From Bdellovibrionota bacterium (GTDB lineage: Bacteria; Bdellovibrionota_C; UBA2361; OMII01): a stretch of 47,413 bases of DNA. Within the stretch, counting starts at the first letter, position 1; each line of letters starts with the position of its first letter. Positions 29,255 through 37,438 of the stretch are shown here, in pieces. The position numbers and the translations under genes are program-made. The DNA is taken from contig JBIJBE010000026.1 in the NCBI GenBank assembly GCA_044345405.1, positions 1 through 47,413 on the forward strand, given 5' to 3'. Under the pieces are notes generated by a model. The model had not been told where the DNA came from and did no database searches. It was given only the letters and a program-made list of their open reading frames with translations.

Positions 29255-29332
29255 TTTCGGCGACCAGGAATGGTCGCCCTCCCGTCGTGCGACCCGGGAC
29301 TCGGGAGGGCGGTCATTCCTGACCGCCGCGTT
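29255..29332. repeat. REP doublet (copy B)
   Basis: TTTCGGCGACCAGGAATGGTCGCCCTCCC-N19-GGGAGGGCGGTCATTCCTGACCGCCGCGTT. Confidence 0.8.
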
Positions 29333-29560
29333 ACATGGCGCGACAAAAGCCGGCGTTGGTTTAGGGAGACTTCGAAGGCCAGGGAGAGCGGTCGCTCCAC
29401 ACCACAATCCCTGCACTACGTCAGAAGTCCCAAAATAGCGTGTCTCAATCTGTCGGACACAGCTCGCTTTAAAAACCACGACCTTCAAACCTCTCGATCT
29501 CCAGCCTACAGTTCGCGAGCCGTAAACCGAAACCGGGTCTACCGGACAGCAGGAGGTGCC

Positions 29561-31903
29561 GTGCGACGATGTTCCTCATCCGAAGTGGGAAGTTACGTTC
29601 TTGAGCTGGCTGCCGTTATTATGGGTGTCACGGTTTTTATCGTCGGAGCCGCCGATCTCACCCGCGTCTTTCAAGCTCGGAGTGCGGTTAGGGCGGCGGT
29701 GAATGATGGGGCTCGGTGTCTCTTTCCCACTGACGCGGCGTGTGTGAACCGCGCGTCGACGGGAGTGTCATCTTCAAATCATTCGTATGATGTGTGGGTG
29801 TGGGGCTCTGGTTACGAGGTGCCACAGGAGTCGTACGTTGTCTCTGCTCGGTGGCGTGAGGAACCGGTCTATGAGGTTCCCGTGCTTCGGGATGAGATTT
29901 CCAGTGTAACTGTTGAGCGACCACAATTTCAGTATCGTCCCTACTCGATGCGGTATCCCGTGACCGCGCATACAACCTATCTGCTCCAAACGAGATTTCT
30001 TCCTGTTGTTGTCGGTGGTCGTCCCCTCAATCCCCAATTTGCCGATCCGATAAGCAATAAGGCATCTCCACCAACCGCTACCTATTCGTTGCGGGGCGTA
30101 CGTGGTTCGACGACGAGAAGGGTGACGCCAGCCTTAAAAACTTCCTACAACGAAACCTTCAAAATCGGCTCCGTTTCATTTGCGGTTCGGGGCGCGTGGC
30201 CCACGATGGAGGAGGATCGCACACAGCTCTCCGCGATGCCCTCAGAGATAAGGACCTCATTGTCGTGTTTCTTCGGTGCTCGCCAGTCATCGTCATCGGG
30301 CGAGGTGCTCAACTGGTCGGCTGGAACGCCGGAGGGGTGCCGGTATCGCGTGCGTTCCCCAAGCGCATCCCCTGTTATGCAGGGTGGAACGCTGAAAGTT
30401 CCGATGATGTTCCGCGTGGAGGGGGATACTCAGGGAACCGCGCAAGATGGCGCTGGTAAGGTGATGATGGCGCTCTCTTGGCACAGCCCCACCGCCGGAG
30501 GAGGTCGATTTGAGCTTGGTGGTCGAGCGTTCGAACATTCAGCCAGAGGAAATTTCGTTCCCCGTGGGCTCGCCGAGGTTGATATCAACTCGGGATTGAG
30601 GTCGCAGTACGCTGATTACAAAGAGGAGCTGAGCCTCTACCATGAGTTGCCCCTCCTTCCGGTTGACGCGATCGTCACCATTGATTTCTTCCTCGTGAGC
30701 TTTAACGATCGAAGAGTTGCTTGGAGCGGTGAAAAGGTTGAGGTGTGGTTACCGCGGTACCGACTGGTACATGAGAAGAATGATTGTGGATACGCGACGG
30801 ATCCATCGGTATGCGCTTGGCCGCCAGCATCGGCTCCCATTCATTACCTCTCGTTGACCGAGGGCGCTCCTTTCGACGCGGTCGCGCGTGGCGATGATAG
30901 ATGCGCGCTTAAGGAAGATACGTCCGCTGAACGAGATCTCTCCGCTGTTATCAGCCGTCTGCGCGTTGAATCTTCACGAACTGGAACCGCGCAGCCGTAT
31001 GCATTTGATCTCAAAGTCCCAACGATTCGCTCGGTATGTGAGCCGAAGATCGTAACAACACCGTGCGTGGCCGAATCGCCTGAATATCTTGAAGGATGTG
31101 ATCCGTCCCTAACGCTTGATGAGATCGCCTCTCGCTGTACTGTGTCGACCGCTTCCACGAAGGTTCTCGCGTTCACGAAACGGCCCCTCTCAAGGGTCAT
31201 CAAGAGGGTGCGAGCGTGCGCCGATGGCCCCCTTCCACAGTGCGCGTCCGCATCGGCTCGGAGGGTCGAGTCGATGCGCTACGGTGGGGATGGGGTATGT
31301 GAGACGGCGGCGATAGTAAACACTCCGCAGTTGGTGATCGGGCCGCTCGACGTAAATACGTGTGAGGCGCACGAGGAGGATGCTGAGCGATTGTACCGAA
31401 CTAGGGAAAAGATCCCAGCGGATGTCCCCATATCGGTCGTGCGGCTTCCAGCCTCATCACGATTTAGCCCGGAGCCACCAGGTAATTCGTGCGCACTATC
31501 TAGATCCGCGGAGGGGCGCTCCGGTGAAATGATCTGTGGCCGAGGTCTCACCGAAGCCGCCGCCGAGCGATGTTGCGCCGCGAGCGATGGCCGGTGTCGA
31601 AAGCAACTCGTGCTAACCCCGAGCGATCCGACTCGTGACGCCGCTCGTGTGGAGATCCTTTCCGCCGCTCAACAACGGGTCATCGAAGCGGTACAAGCGG
31701 GATATCCATCTGCACGTCATCAGGAGGTTTGTATAGATCATGACCCCAACTGCTTAGAGGTTGGCGCATCGTTAGCTGACAATGATTCGAAGGCGATAGT
31801 CTCAGCGAAGGTGCATGTACCACTGATGTTGTTGAGGCCCTTTCTTGGCGAAGTGACAACCGTTGAGCATTCGACAACGCGGGCGTTGGAGCGATTCGGA
31901 TGA
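29561..31903 (+). CDS. Large Cys-rich TadE/TadG-like pilin-family protein (780 aa)
   Basis: AGGAGG before GTG at 29561; prepilin site EVG|SYVLE; hydrophobic helix; TadE motif AVRAAVNDGARC. Confidence 0.8.
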   Translation: MRRCSSSEVGSYVLELAAVIMGVTVFIVGAADLTRVFQARSAVRAAVNDGARCLFPTDAACVNRASTGVSSSNHSYDVWVWGSGYEVPQESYVVSARWREEPVYEVPVLRDEISSVTVERPQFQYRPYSMRYPVTAHTTYLLQTRFLPVVVGGRPLNPQFADPISNKASPPTATYSLRGVRGSTTRRVTPALKTSYNETFKIGSVSFAVRGAWPTMEEDRTQLSAMPSEIRTSLSCFFGARQSSSSGEVLNWSAGTPEGCRYRVRSPSASPVMQGGTLKVPMMFRVEGDTQGTAQDGAGKVMMALSWHSPTAGGGRFELGGRAFEHSARGNFVPRGLAEVDINSGLRSQYADYKEELSLYHELPLLPVDAIVTIDFFLVSFNDRRVAWSGEKVEVWLPRYRLVHEKNDCGYATDPSVCAWPPASAPIHYLSLTEGAPFDAVARGDDRCALKEDTSAERDLSAVISRLRVESSRTGTAQPYAFDLKVPTIRSVCEPKIVTTPCVAESPEYLEGCDPSLTLDEIASRCTVSTASTKVLAFTKRPLSRVIKRVRACADGPLPQCASASARRVESMRYGGDGVCETAAIVNTPQLVIGPLDVNTCEAHEEDAERLYRTREKIPADVPISVVRLPASSRFSPEPPGNSCALSRSAEGRSGEMICGRGLTEAAAERCCAASDGRCRKQLVLTPSDPTRDAARVEILSAAQQRVIEAVQAGYPSARHQEVCIDHDPNCLEVGASLADNDSKAIVSAKVHVPLMLLRPFLGEVTTVEHSTTRALERFG

Positions 31904-32010
31904 AAAGTCGAGTCAGTCGGAGATCCGTGAGGTCACGACCCTTAGTCGAAAGGAATCCTAGGTCCTAACGAGTTTTGTGAAAAACTGGAAGAACCTAGGA
32001 ATTCCGAACA

Positions 32011-32265
32011 CTAGCACCCGCGAGGGTCCGCCTGAGCAGCTTTCCAGTGTTCCGTAACAGGATCCCACTCAAGCAGCGAGAGGTAGTGTACCTGCTCTTT
32101 GCTTGGGGACTCGACAGGCATTCCTCCAACGAGGGAGGGATAATCCGCCTTGGGGAATCGGGTCGTCAGCTTGCTGGCGTCGCCATGCAGGACAACTGGG
32201 GAGCGTCGGATCTCCTCTGAGCTCAAGCAGCGCGCGGGGAGACCGCTCACGATGACCTTATACAT
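32011..32265 (-). CDS. Small hypothetical protein (84 aa)
   Basis: Purine-rich AGAGGAAAGG upstream of the ATG; no recognised family. Confidence 0.55.
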   Translation of the reverse strand: MYKVIVSGLPARCLSSEEIRRSPVVLHGDASKLTTRFPKADYPSLVGGMPVESPSKEQVHYLSLLEWDPVTEHWKAAQADPRGC

Positions 32266-32425
32266 TCTTCTAAAACCTTTCCTCTAAGGGACCGTAAGGA
32301 CCTAGGAAGGTGTGAGCTTAGAGAAGAGGGAAGGTTTAGGCAAATAGAGCCGCTACGACAATCGTATGAATAAGAGATTACAGGCAGTTGTGCCAAGCCT
32401 CTGAGAGCGAGGACGCACTACGCTC

Positions 32426-33004
32426 CTATGAAACGTCACAAACGCTTCGAATCTCGGCGATCTTGCGATCGATGTCAGCGTTGTATTGGCCAGCGCTGAC
32501 CTGAACGTTTTCGGCGTAGTTACCTTTAAGAAGTCCCACCACAGCGGATAGCGGCATGACGGATGATACGCCAGCCAGGATCTGTTGACCGACACCAGCC
32601 CTTTCGTCTTTGAGCGTGGCGATGTCTTGCTGTGCGGTGGCGTAGTTAATTCCTTTCTTGATCGCGGACTCTCCTCCCTTAGGAGCGTGACTGTCTCCCA
32701 CAAGGCTTGAGGCGTCGTGGTAGATCCGGTCCGCGGATTCTCCAACAGGATCGGTCGCCGGAGCGACCGCTTTGCCGACTGGTTGTAGCGCGTCTCCGAT
32801 CGGATCGGTCACAGGCGCGACATCGTGACCGATGTGTCGCCCCGCTTTCTCCACCGCGTCCTTTCCTTGAGTCGCCGCGTCCTGAATATCGCTCCCGAGC
32901 TCTGAAAGCTCCTCACCGAATTGAGAGAGCGCTGTTCGAGGCGTAAGGCAGATACCGATCGTGAAGAGAGAAATGAAGAGCGCGGAGGTGAGTTTAGTGG
33001 TCAT
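32426..33004 (-). CDS. Hypothetical secreted protein with short amphipathic repeats
   Basis: AAGGAG RBS, signal peptide (…RTALS) and a VAPxTDPxG repeat. Confidence 0.7.
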   Translation of the reverse strand: MTTKLTSALFISLFTIGICLTPRTALSQFGEELSELGSDIQDAATQGKDAVEKAGRHIGHDVAPVTDPIGDALQPVGKAVAPATDPVGESADRIYHDASSLVGDSHAPKGGESAIKKGINYATAQQDIATLKDERAGVGQQILAGVSSVMPLSAVVGLLKGNYAENVQVSAGQYNADIDRKIAEIRSVCDVS

Positions 33005-33176
33005 AGAGCTCCTTATATTTGAGGAAGAGCTTCATTGCTGGGGAACGGCGCCACGAAGTGGATCTATGCGCCAGCTGATAAATGGCTGAGAAGGTGACAA
33101 CGGCAAAGTGTGAAATTCGTCACTGACACGACTTTTTCGTTGCGGAGGGAGGATGGGGTAGCCGATACTTTAAGGT

Positions 33177-33680
33177 ATGGCGATACGTCGAACCTCCCTA
33201 TTGAGTCTGTGTGTGTCATGTTTGTGTGCCCTCGTCACACAGGGTGTCTTGCTCAACTCCGCGCGCGCTGAATTTGAAGCGGATTCGGGTAAAGCTGAAG
33301 TACCCGTCGCCATGGCGCAAGAGTATGGCGCTTTCGCTGACAAGGCTGTCGAGACCCTTGTTAAGGGCGATGGCAAGGCGTTCAAAGCGATGCTGAGCCC
33401 CGGCACCATTCGGATGGAGCAGCGGGGGAAAGGCGCGATCGACATGATTATCTATGAGCGCTTCATTCCATTTTTCGATGGTTTCGCGAAGCCTCATTTG
33501 GAGGATCAACCTTTTCCGACCTATCGACGAATTGATGGCGTTAGGGGAGTTGGATTCGCTCGTTCGTTTTACCTCTCGGACGGAAGTGAGCGGTTCTATG
33601 TCATCTTCATTCTCAAAGAGGATGACAGGCTCACGGTCGGTAATCTCTTGCTCGATAAGAAGCTGTCGGACGTTCGTTAG
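33177..33680 (+). CDS. Hypothetical secreted protein (possibly NTF2-like)
   Basis: Signal peptide ending ARA; C-terminal YVIFILKEDDRLTVGN. Confidence 0.7.
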   Translation: MAIRRTSLLSLCVSCLCALVTQGVLLNSARAEFEADSGKAEVPVAMAQEYGAFADKAVETLVKGDGKAFKAMLSPGTIRMEQRGKGAIDMIIYERFIPFFDGFAKPHLEDQPFPTYRRIDGVRGVGFARSFYLSDGSERFYVIFILKEDDRLTVGNLLLDKKLSDVR

Positions 33681-34957
33681 TTTATCCCGTCTAGGATACT
33701 TTGGACCGTTTGTTCGGCAGCCTCGAATACCAGTTCAGCTGGAGAGGTGCTTATCTTCGACGCGATAACCTCCGCCTCCAATCTTCGTCCCGTGTTAAGA
33801 AGATTGCGAATAGCGGTCAGGACCACAATCTCTTGTTTCGGCATCGTGTTGGCGAAGTGCGCGATGAGGTCCGAGCCGAGATTCGTTTTGGTCATCTCGT
33901 TATACGCCAGGCAGGCTCGAACGAGATATCCAGCCTGGGTGTTCGTAAGCTCCTCTCCAGCCTCCAATCCCCGCTGTGCCGCAAGGAGTGCGGCGGTCAG
34001 TGGAAGCGGCATGTAGTGACCAACGTTTCTCGCGCTAATTAGGCTCGTCATCGCGTAGTTAACCATGGCTCGGAAATGCCGATCCCTCGAAGGGGGGCGT
34101 TTTGAGATCTTTGAGAGGATCTCATGAACTGTCTGAGCTCGATGTTTGGGGAGATGCTTGGCGAGGATCTCCTCTCGCCCAGCCGCCGCGATCTGTCGCA
34201 TCTGCTCAGGGTGTTGAAGGAGATAGGTAACTTTTTCGGTCGCCTCCTCTACGCTGTCGGGACTGTACGTGACGAGATGTACCCCTTCTTTAAAGATATC
34301 GAGGAGCCCGTTCGGCGTTCGCTCCGTCAGGAGGAGGGAGCCGCACATCATCGCCTCAAAGACGCGAAAGTTAAGGTCTCCCACGACCGTTTGGTTCACC
34401 ACGATCTCAGAGTGGGGAAAGAACTCCCAGTAGTTTCCTTGCGTGACGTGGATCGGAATGTGGTTCTTGAGCTTTTCGAAGAACGCGACCCGTCGAGGAT
34501 TTAGTTTGGCGTTGAGGTTTCCGACAAAGGATACCGGCCACTTCTTTTCGTTGCTTGCCTCTATACGTCGCGGTGCCCAAAGAGGGAGCCAGGTGGCGGG
34601 TGTTCCGCATCCATCGAACGCGTCCACGTAGTCCTTCTGAGCGACCAACACATGGTCGAAGATCTCCGCCATGAAGGTGTGCATCGGATAGTGATGGAAG
34701 GTATCGACGGAGAACAACACAAGTGGAATTGAGGTGGTCTCAAGTCCCGTCATGAGAAACGTTGGCAGGCTGTTGTCGTGCCAGAGGATAACGTCAGGAA
34801 CGAATCCATTAAGACTTGCGATTACACTATCAAGGTTGTTTGTGGCGAAGGGTATTTGGTGTTCGAGGTGTGGTTCTGAACCACAGGTAATAACCTCGTG
34901 ACCGAACGCTCGTAGTTCAGGCGCAAACCAATCTTGGTTAAAGATGAGGATCTTCAC
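33677..34957 (-). CDS. Glycosyltransferase, CgeB/Glyco_trans_1_2-like
   Basis: WLPLWAP, VSFVGN, IVVNQTVVGDLNFRVFEAMMCGSLLLTE and IAAAGREEILAKHLPKHRA. Confidence 0.9.
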   Translation of the reverse strand: MKILIFNQDWFAPELRAFGHEVITCGSEPHLEHQIPFATNNLDSVIASLNGFVPDVILWHDNSLPTFLMTGLETTSIPLVLFSVDTFHHYPMHTFMAEIFDHVLVAQKDYVDAFDGCGTPATWLPLWAPRRIEASNEKKWPVSFVGNLNAKLNPRRVAFFEKLKNHIPIHVTQGNYWEFFPHSEIVVNQTVVGDLNFRVFEAMMCGSLLLTERTPNGLLDIFKEGVHLVTYSPDSVEEATEKVTYLLQHPEQMRQIAAAGREEILAKHLPKHRAQTVHEILSKISKRPPSRDRHFRAMVNYAMTSLISARNVGHYMPLPLTAALLAAQRGLEAGEELTNTQAGYLVRACLAYNEMTKTNLGSDLIAHFANTMPKQEIVVLTAIRNLLNTGRRLEAEVIASKISTSPAELVFEAAEQTVQSILDGIN

Positions 34958-35128
34958 ACTCGCTCCCGCTCGTTGTTTGAGACCGCAGGGGTGCCGGAGT
35001 GCGGCACGCCCTCGAGATCAACCAGTTAAGATGCGAGTGGCGAGAAAAGGGGCGCAGCCAATGTGCGCCGTGTCGCCTTTCTAAGTAGCTGCTATAGCGA
35101 TGTTTTTTATGCTACGGCGGTGATGACG

Positions 35129-36019
35129 CTACGCCGAGAGCGCCGCTTTCTGCTCAAGCGCCTCTTCGTAGATACGAGCCGGGGGCTCACGGAGATCCCA
35201 TACCAGCCCGAACCAGGAGAGCACTTTCAGGGTGTAGTGTGAGATGTCGACCTCCCACCAGTAGAAGCCTTGACGCTCAGAGCCAGGGTATCGGTGGTGG
35301 TTGTTGTGCCATCCCTCGCCAAGGGTAATGATCGCGAGGATGAAGCTGTTCTTGCTGTCGTCGCCCGTCTTGAAGCGAGCCTTTCCGAGCACGTGAGCGA
35401 GCGAATTAATGCAGAAGGTGCCGTGGTAGAGGAGCGTTGTGCTGATGCAGAATCCCCACGTGAACATCTGAAGCGGGCCGGTGCCAAGCTCAGGGTAGTA
35501 TGCCTGAAGGAAGTAGCCGAGCCCCGTAACGCCGAGACCGAGAAGAACAGGTGGCACGATGTGGTGTCGCTCTAGGAGACAGAGCTCTGGGAACTTCACG
35601 AGGTCCTTCACGAGCTCCCAACGGGTCTCAACGAACTGCGTGCTCAATACCCATCCAACGTGCGCCCACCACATGCCGTAGATGCGTGGTGGATGAACAT
35701 CCTCTTCGGTGTCGGAGAACTGATGGTGGTGACGGTGATGTGATGCCCACCAGATCGGTCCCTTCTGAGCGGATGTAGCGCCGATGAACGCGAGTACGAA
35801 TTGGAACCATCGGCTTGTCTTGTAGCTTCGGTGAGAGAAGTACCGGTGATACACACCAGTGATACCGAACATTCGGATCGCGTAGAGCGCCATGCACACC
35901 GCGAACGCTACCCAGCTAAAGCCAGCCCAAATTACCAAGAGGCATCCGAGGTGAATTGCCCAGAACGCGGCTTGCTTGATGAGGTTGACGGGATGGAGAG
36001 GGTTACCGCTGGTATTCAT
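35129..36019 (-). CDS. Acyl-CoA (delta-9 type) fatty acid desaturase
   Basis: His boxes YHRYFSH, HRHHH and GEGWHNNHH. Confidence 0.96.
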   Translation of the reverse strand: MNTSGNPLHPVNLIKQAAFWAIHLGCLLVIWAGFSWVAFAVCMALYAIRMFGITGVYHRYFSHRSYKTSRWFQFVLAFIGATSAQKGPIWWASHHRHHHQFSDTEEDVHPPRIYGMWWAHVGWVLSTQFVETRWELVKDLVKFPELCLLERHHIVPPVLLGLGVTGLGYFLQAYYPELGTGPLQMFTWGFCISTTLLYHGTFCINSLAHVLGKARFKTGDDSKNSFILAIITLGEGWHNNHHRYPGSERQGFYWWEVDISHYTLKVLSWFGLVWDLREPPARIYEEALEQKAALSA

Positions 36020-36130
36020 ATTCTCGAGATGTCTCCAGGGGCGAGGTCATTCTCGCAATCCACAGTGGGGGAGATACTAAATGAATTACGTGATCAAGCA
36101 AAGACCGCCATGACGGGCATGACACCTTTT

Positions 36131-36610
36131 CTACGAGCACTTACGACACAGTCCAAAAAACTCAAGTACATGAGATTGCACGGTAAAATTATGGGTTTGT
36201 TGGATTTTTCCCTCAAGGGCGTGAAGGTCGTGATGGGGCACCTCAACGCATTGAATATCCTTGCACGAGGTGCAGACGAGGTGATGGTGATGGTGATCTG
36301 GATGGAGTAGTTCGTACCGCTTCATCCCATCAAGGATATCAATTTCAGAGAGGATCTTGTTATCCGCGAGGAAGTCGAGCTCTCGGTAGATCGTGGTTTT
36401 GTTAACCGAGGGGTGTTTCTGGGAGACCTGATCGAGGAGTTGGGGAGCGGACACAGGTTGGCTTGCCGCTACGAGCGCCTCGATCATCGCCTGACGGATC
36501 TTTGTAATTCGAAATCCCTTGGTTCGTAACGCGTCGATAAGCTGCTCGGCGGAGGAGTTCTCTGGAGCTTCATCGGGGAGCACGTTGAGCGTTTTCGAGG
36601 GCGTCTTCAT
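36131..36610 (-). CDS. Fur-family transcriptional regulator (Zur-like)
   Basis: GFRITKIR, TTIYRELDFL, HHHHHLVCTSC and HVLEFFGLCRKC. Confidence 0.93.
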   Translation of the reverse strand: MKTPSKTLNVLPDEAPENSSAEQLIDALRTKGFRITKIRQAMIEALVAASQPVSAPQLLDQVSQKHPSVNKTTIYRELDFLADNKILSEIDILDGMKRYELLHPDHHHHHLVCTSCKDIQCVEVPHHDLHALEGKIQQTHNFTVQSHVLEFFGLCRKCS

Positions 36611-36618
36611 CGTTCGCG

Positions 36619-37368
36619 CTAGCTCTTCGATGCTCGTGAAGGGATCTGAACAAGGGGTTGTTGATGCATCGCGGTTTTGTTGTGCATCCAGTATCCAAGT
36701 CCAACACTTGCTGCTGTGGCGCAGAAGATAAATGCCACTGCACCAGCGGCTGGCAACTCAACCGCGTGCTCCAATACGTGAAACAGCGCGTAACTGGCGA
36801 TTCCAGCGAGCCCAGCTGTGACAACACCGGGCAGGGAATCGAGAACCTTCATGATGGTAGCTCTCCGGGTTTCTCCGACAAGAACAACGAAGGAGATGAG
36901 CAGTCCGATTACAACTGACGCCGCGAGCAGCATGATGATCAGAGGCTTCTGTTCAGTAACTCCGCTCATATGGCTGAGAATTGGACCAGCGGCGAGCGCG
37001 TGAATCGAGAGCGCTGCGGCGGTTGAGATAATTTGAAGAGAGTTGATTGGCGGAGCCTGATGATGTTCGCAACTGCAATCACCGTGAGATCCATGATGTA
37101 ATCGGTGGTGGATGAAGTGCTTAAGAAGGATCAACGTTCCAACGAAAACGATAATTCCGCCAAGGGTCTCGGAGTAGTGCGCAGCCTCAGCCGCAAGCAG
37201 GGTTCCAGCGACCGCATATAGAGCGTGGAAGAACGCGAACGCCGCGCCACATACCCAGGGATTACCGCCCGTTGTCGCGACAAGCGCGATCGCGATGAGG
37301 ATGCAGCCGTCACCCGCAAGAACGAGTGGATAGAGTAGAATAAAGGAGAGAAGCGACAGGGAAGACAT
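36619..37368 (-). CDS. Polytopic membrane protein with His/Cys loop; MntP/LysE-superfamily-like metal transporter
   Basis: About 7 hydrophobic segments; HHRLHHGSHGDCSCEHH loop; ALSIHALAAG resembles MntP ATSIDALAVG; ends 8 bp before the Fur gene. An alternative ATG is at 37374. Confidence 0.7.
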   Translation of the reverse strand: MSSLSLLSFILLYPLVLAGDGCILIAIALVATTGGNPWVCGAAFAFFHALYAVAGTLLAAEAAHYSETLGGIIVFVGTLILLKHFIHHRLHHGSHGDCSCEHHQAPPINSLQIISTAAALSIHALAAGPILSHMSGVTEQKPLIIMLLAASVVIGLLISFVVLVGETRRATIMKVLDSLPGVVTAGLAGIASYALFHVLEHAVELPAAGAVAFIFCATAASVGLGYWMHNKTAMHQQPLVQIPSRASKS

Positions 37369-37374
37369 ACTCAT

Positions 37375-37415
37375 AGTGTATGCGGGAGCGGGGGGCTTTT
37401 GCAAATGAGTCGCAA
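37375..37415 (-). promoter_or_regulatory. sigma70 promoter overlapped by a Fur-family-like operator
   Basis: Minus strand TTGCAA-N18-TACACT-N6-ATG; imperfect palindrome TTGCGACTCATTTGCAA (37399-37415) covers the -35. Confidence 0.65.
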
Positions 37416-37438
37416 GAAGCCGCCTCGCAGGGCCTGAG

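Noticed and set aside
24115-29332. REP elements as a CRISPR array
   Set aside because: The units are inverted, dispersed and not regularly spaced, and there are no cas genes.
33161-33168. GCCGATAC (and GCCGATCC near 21328) as sigma28 promoters
   Set aside because: No convincing TAAA -35 element at the right spacing.
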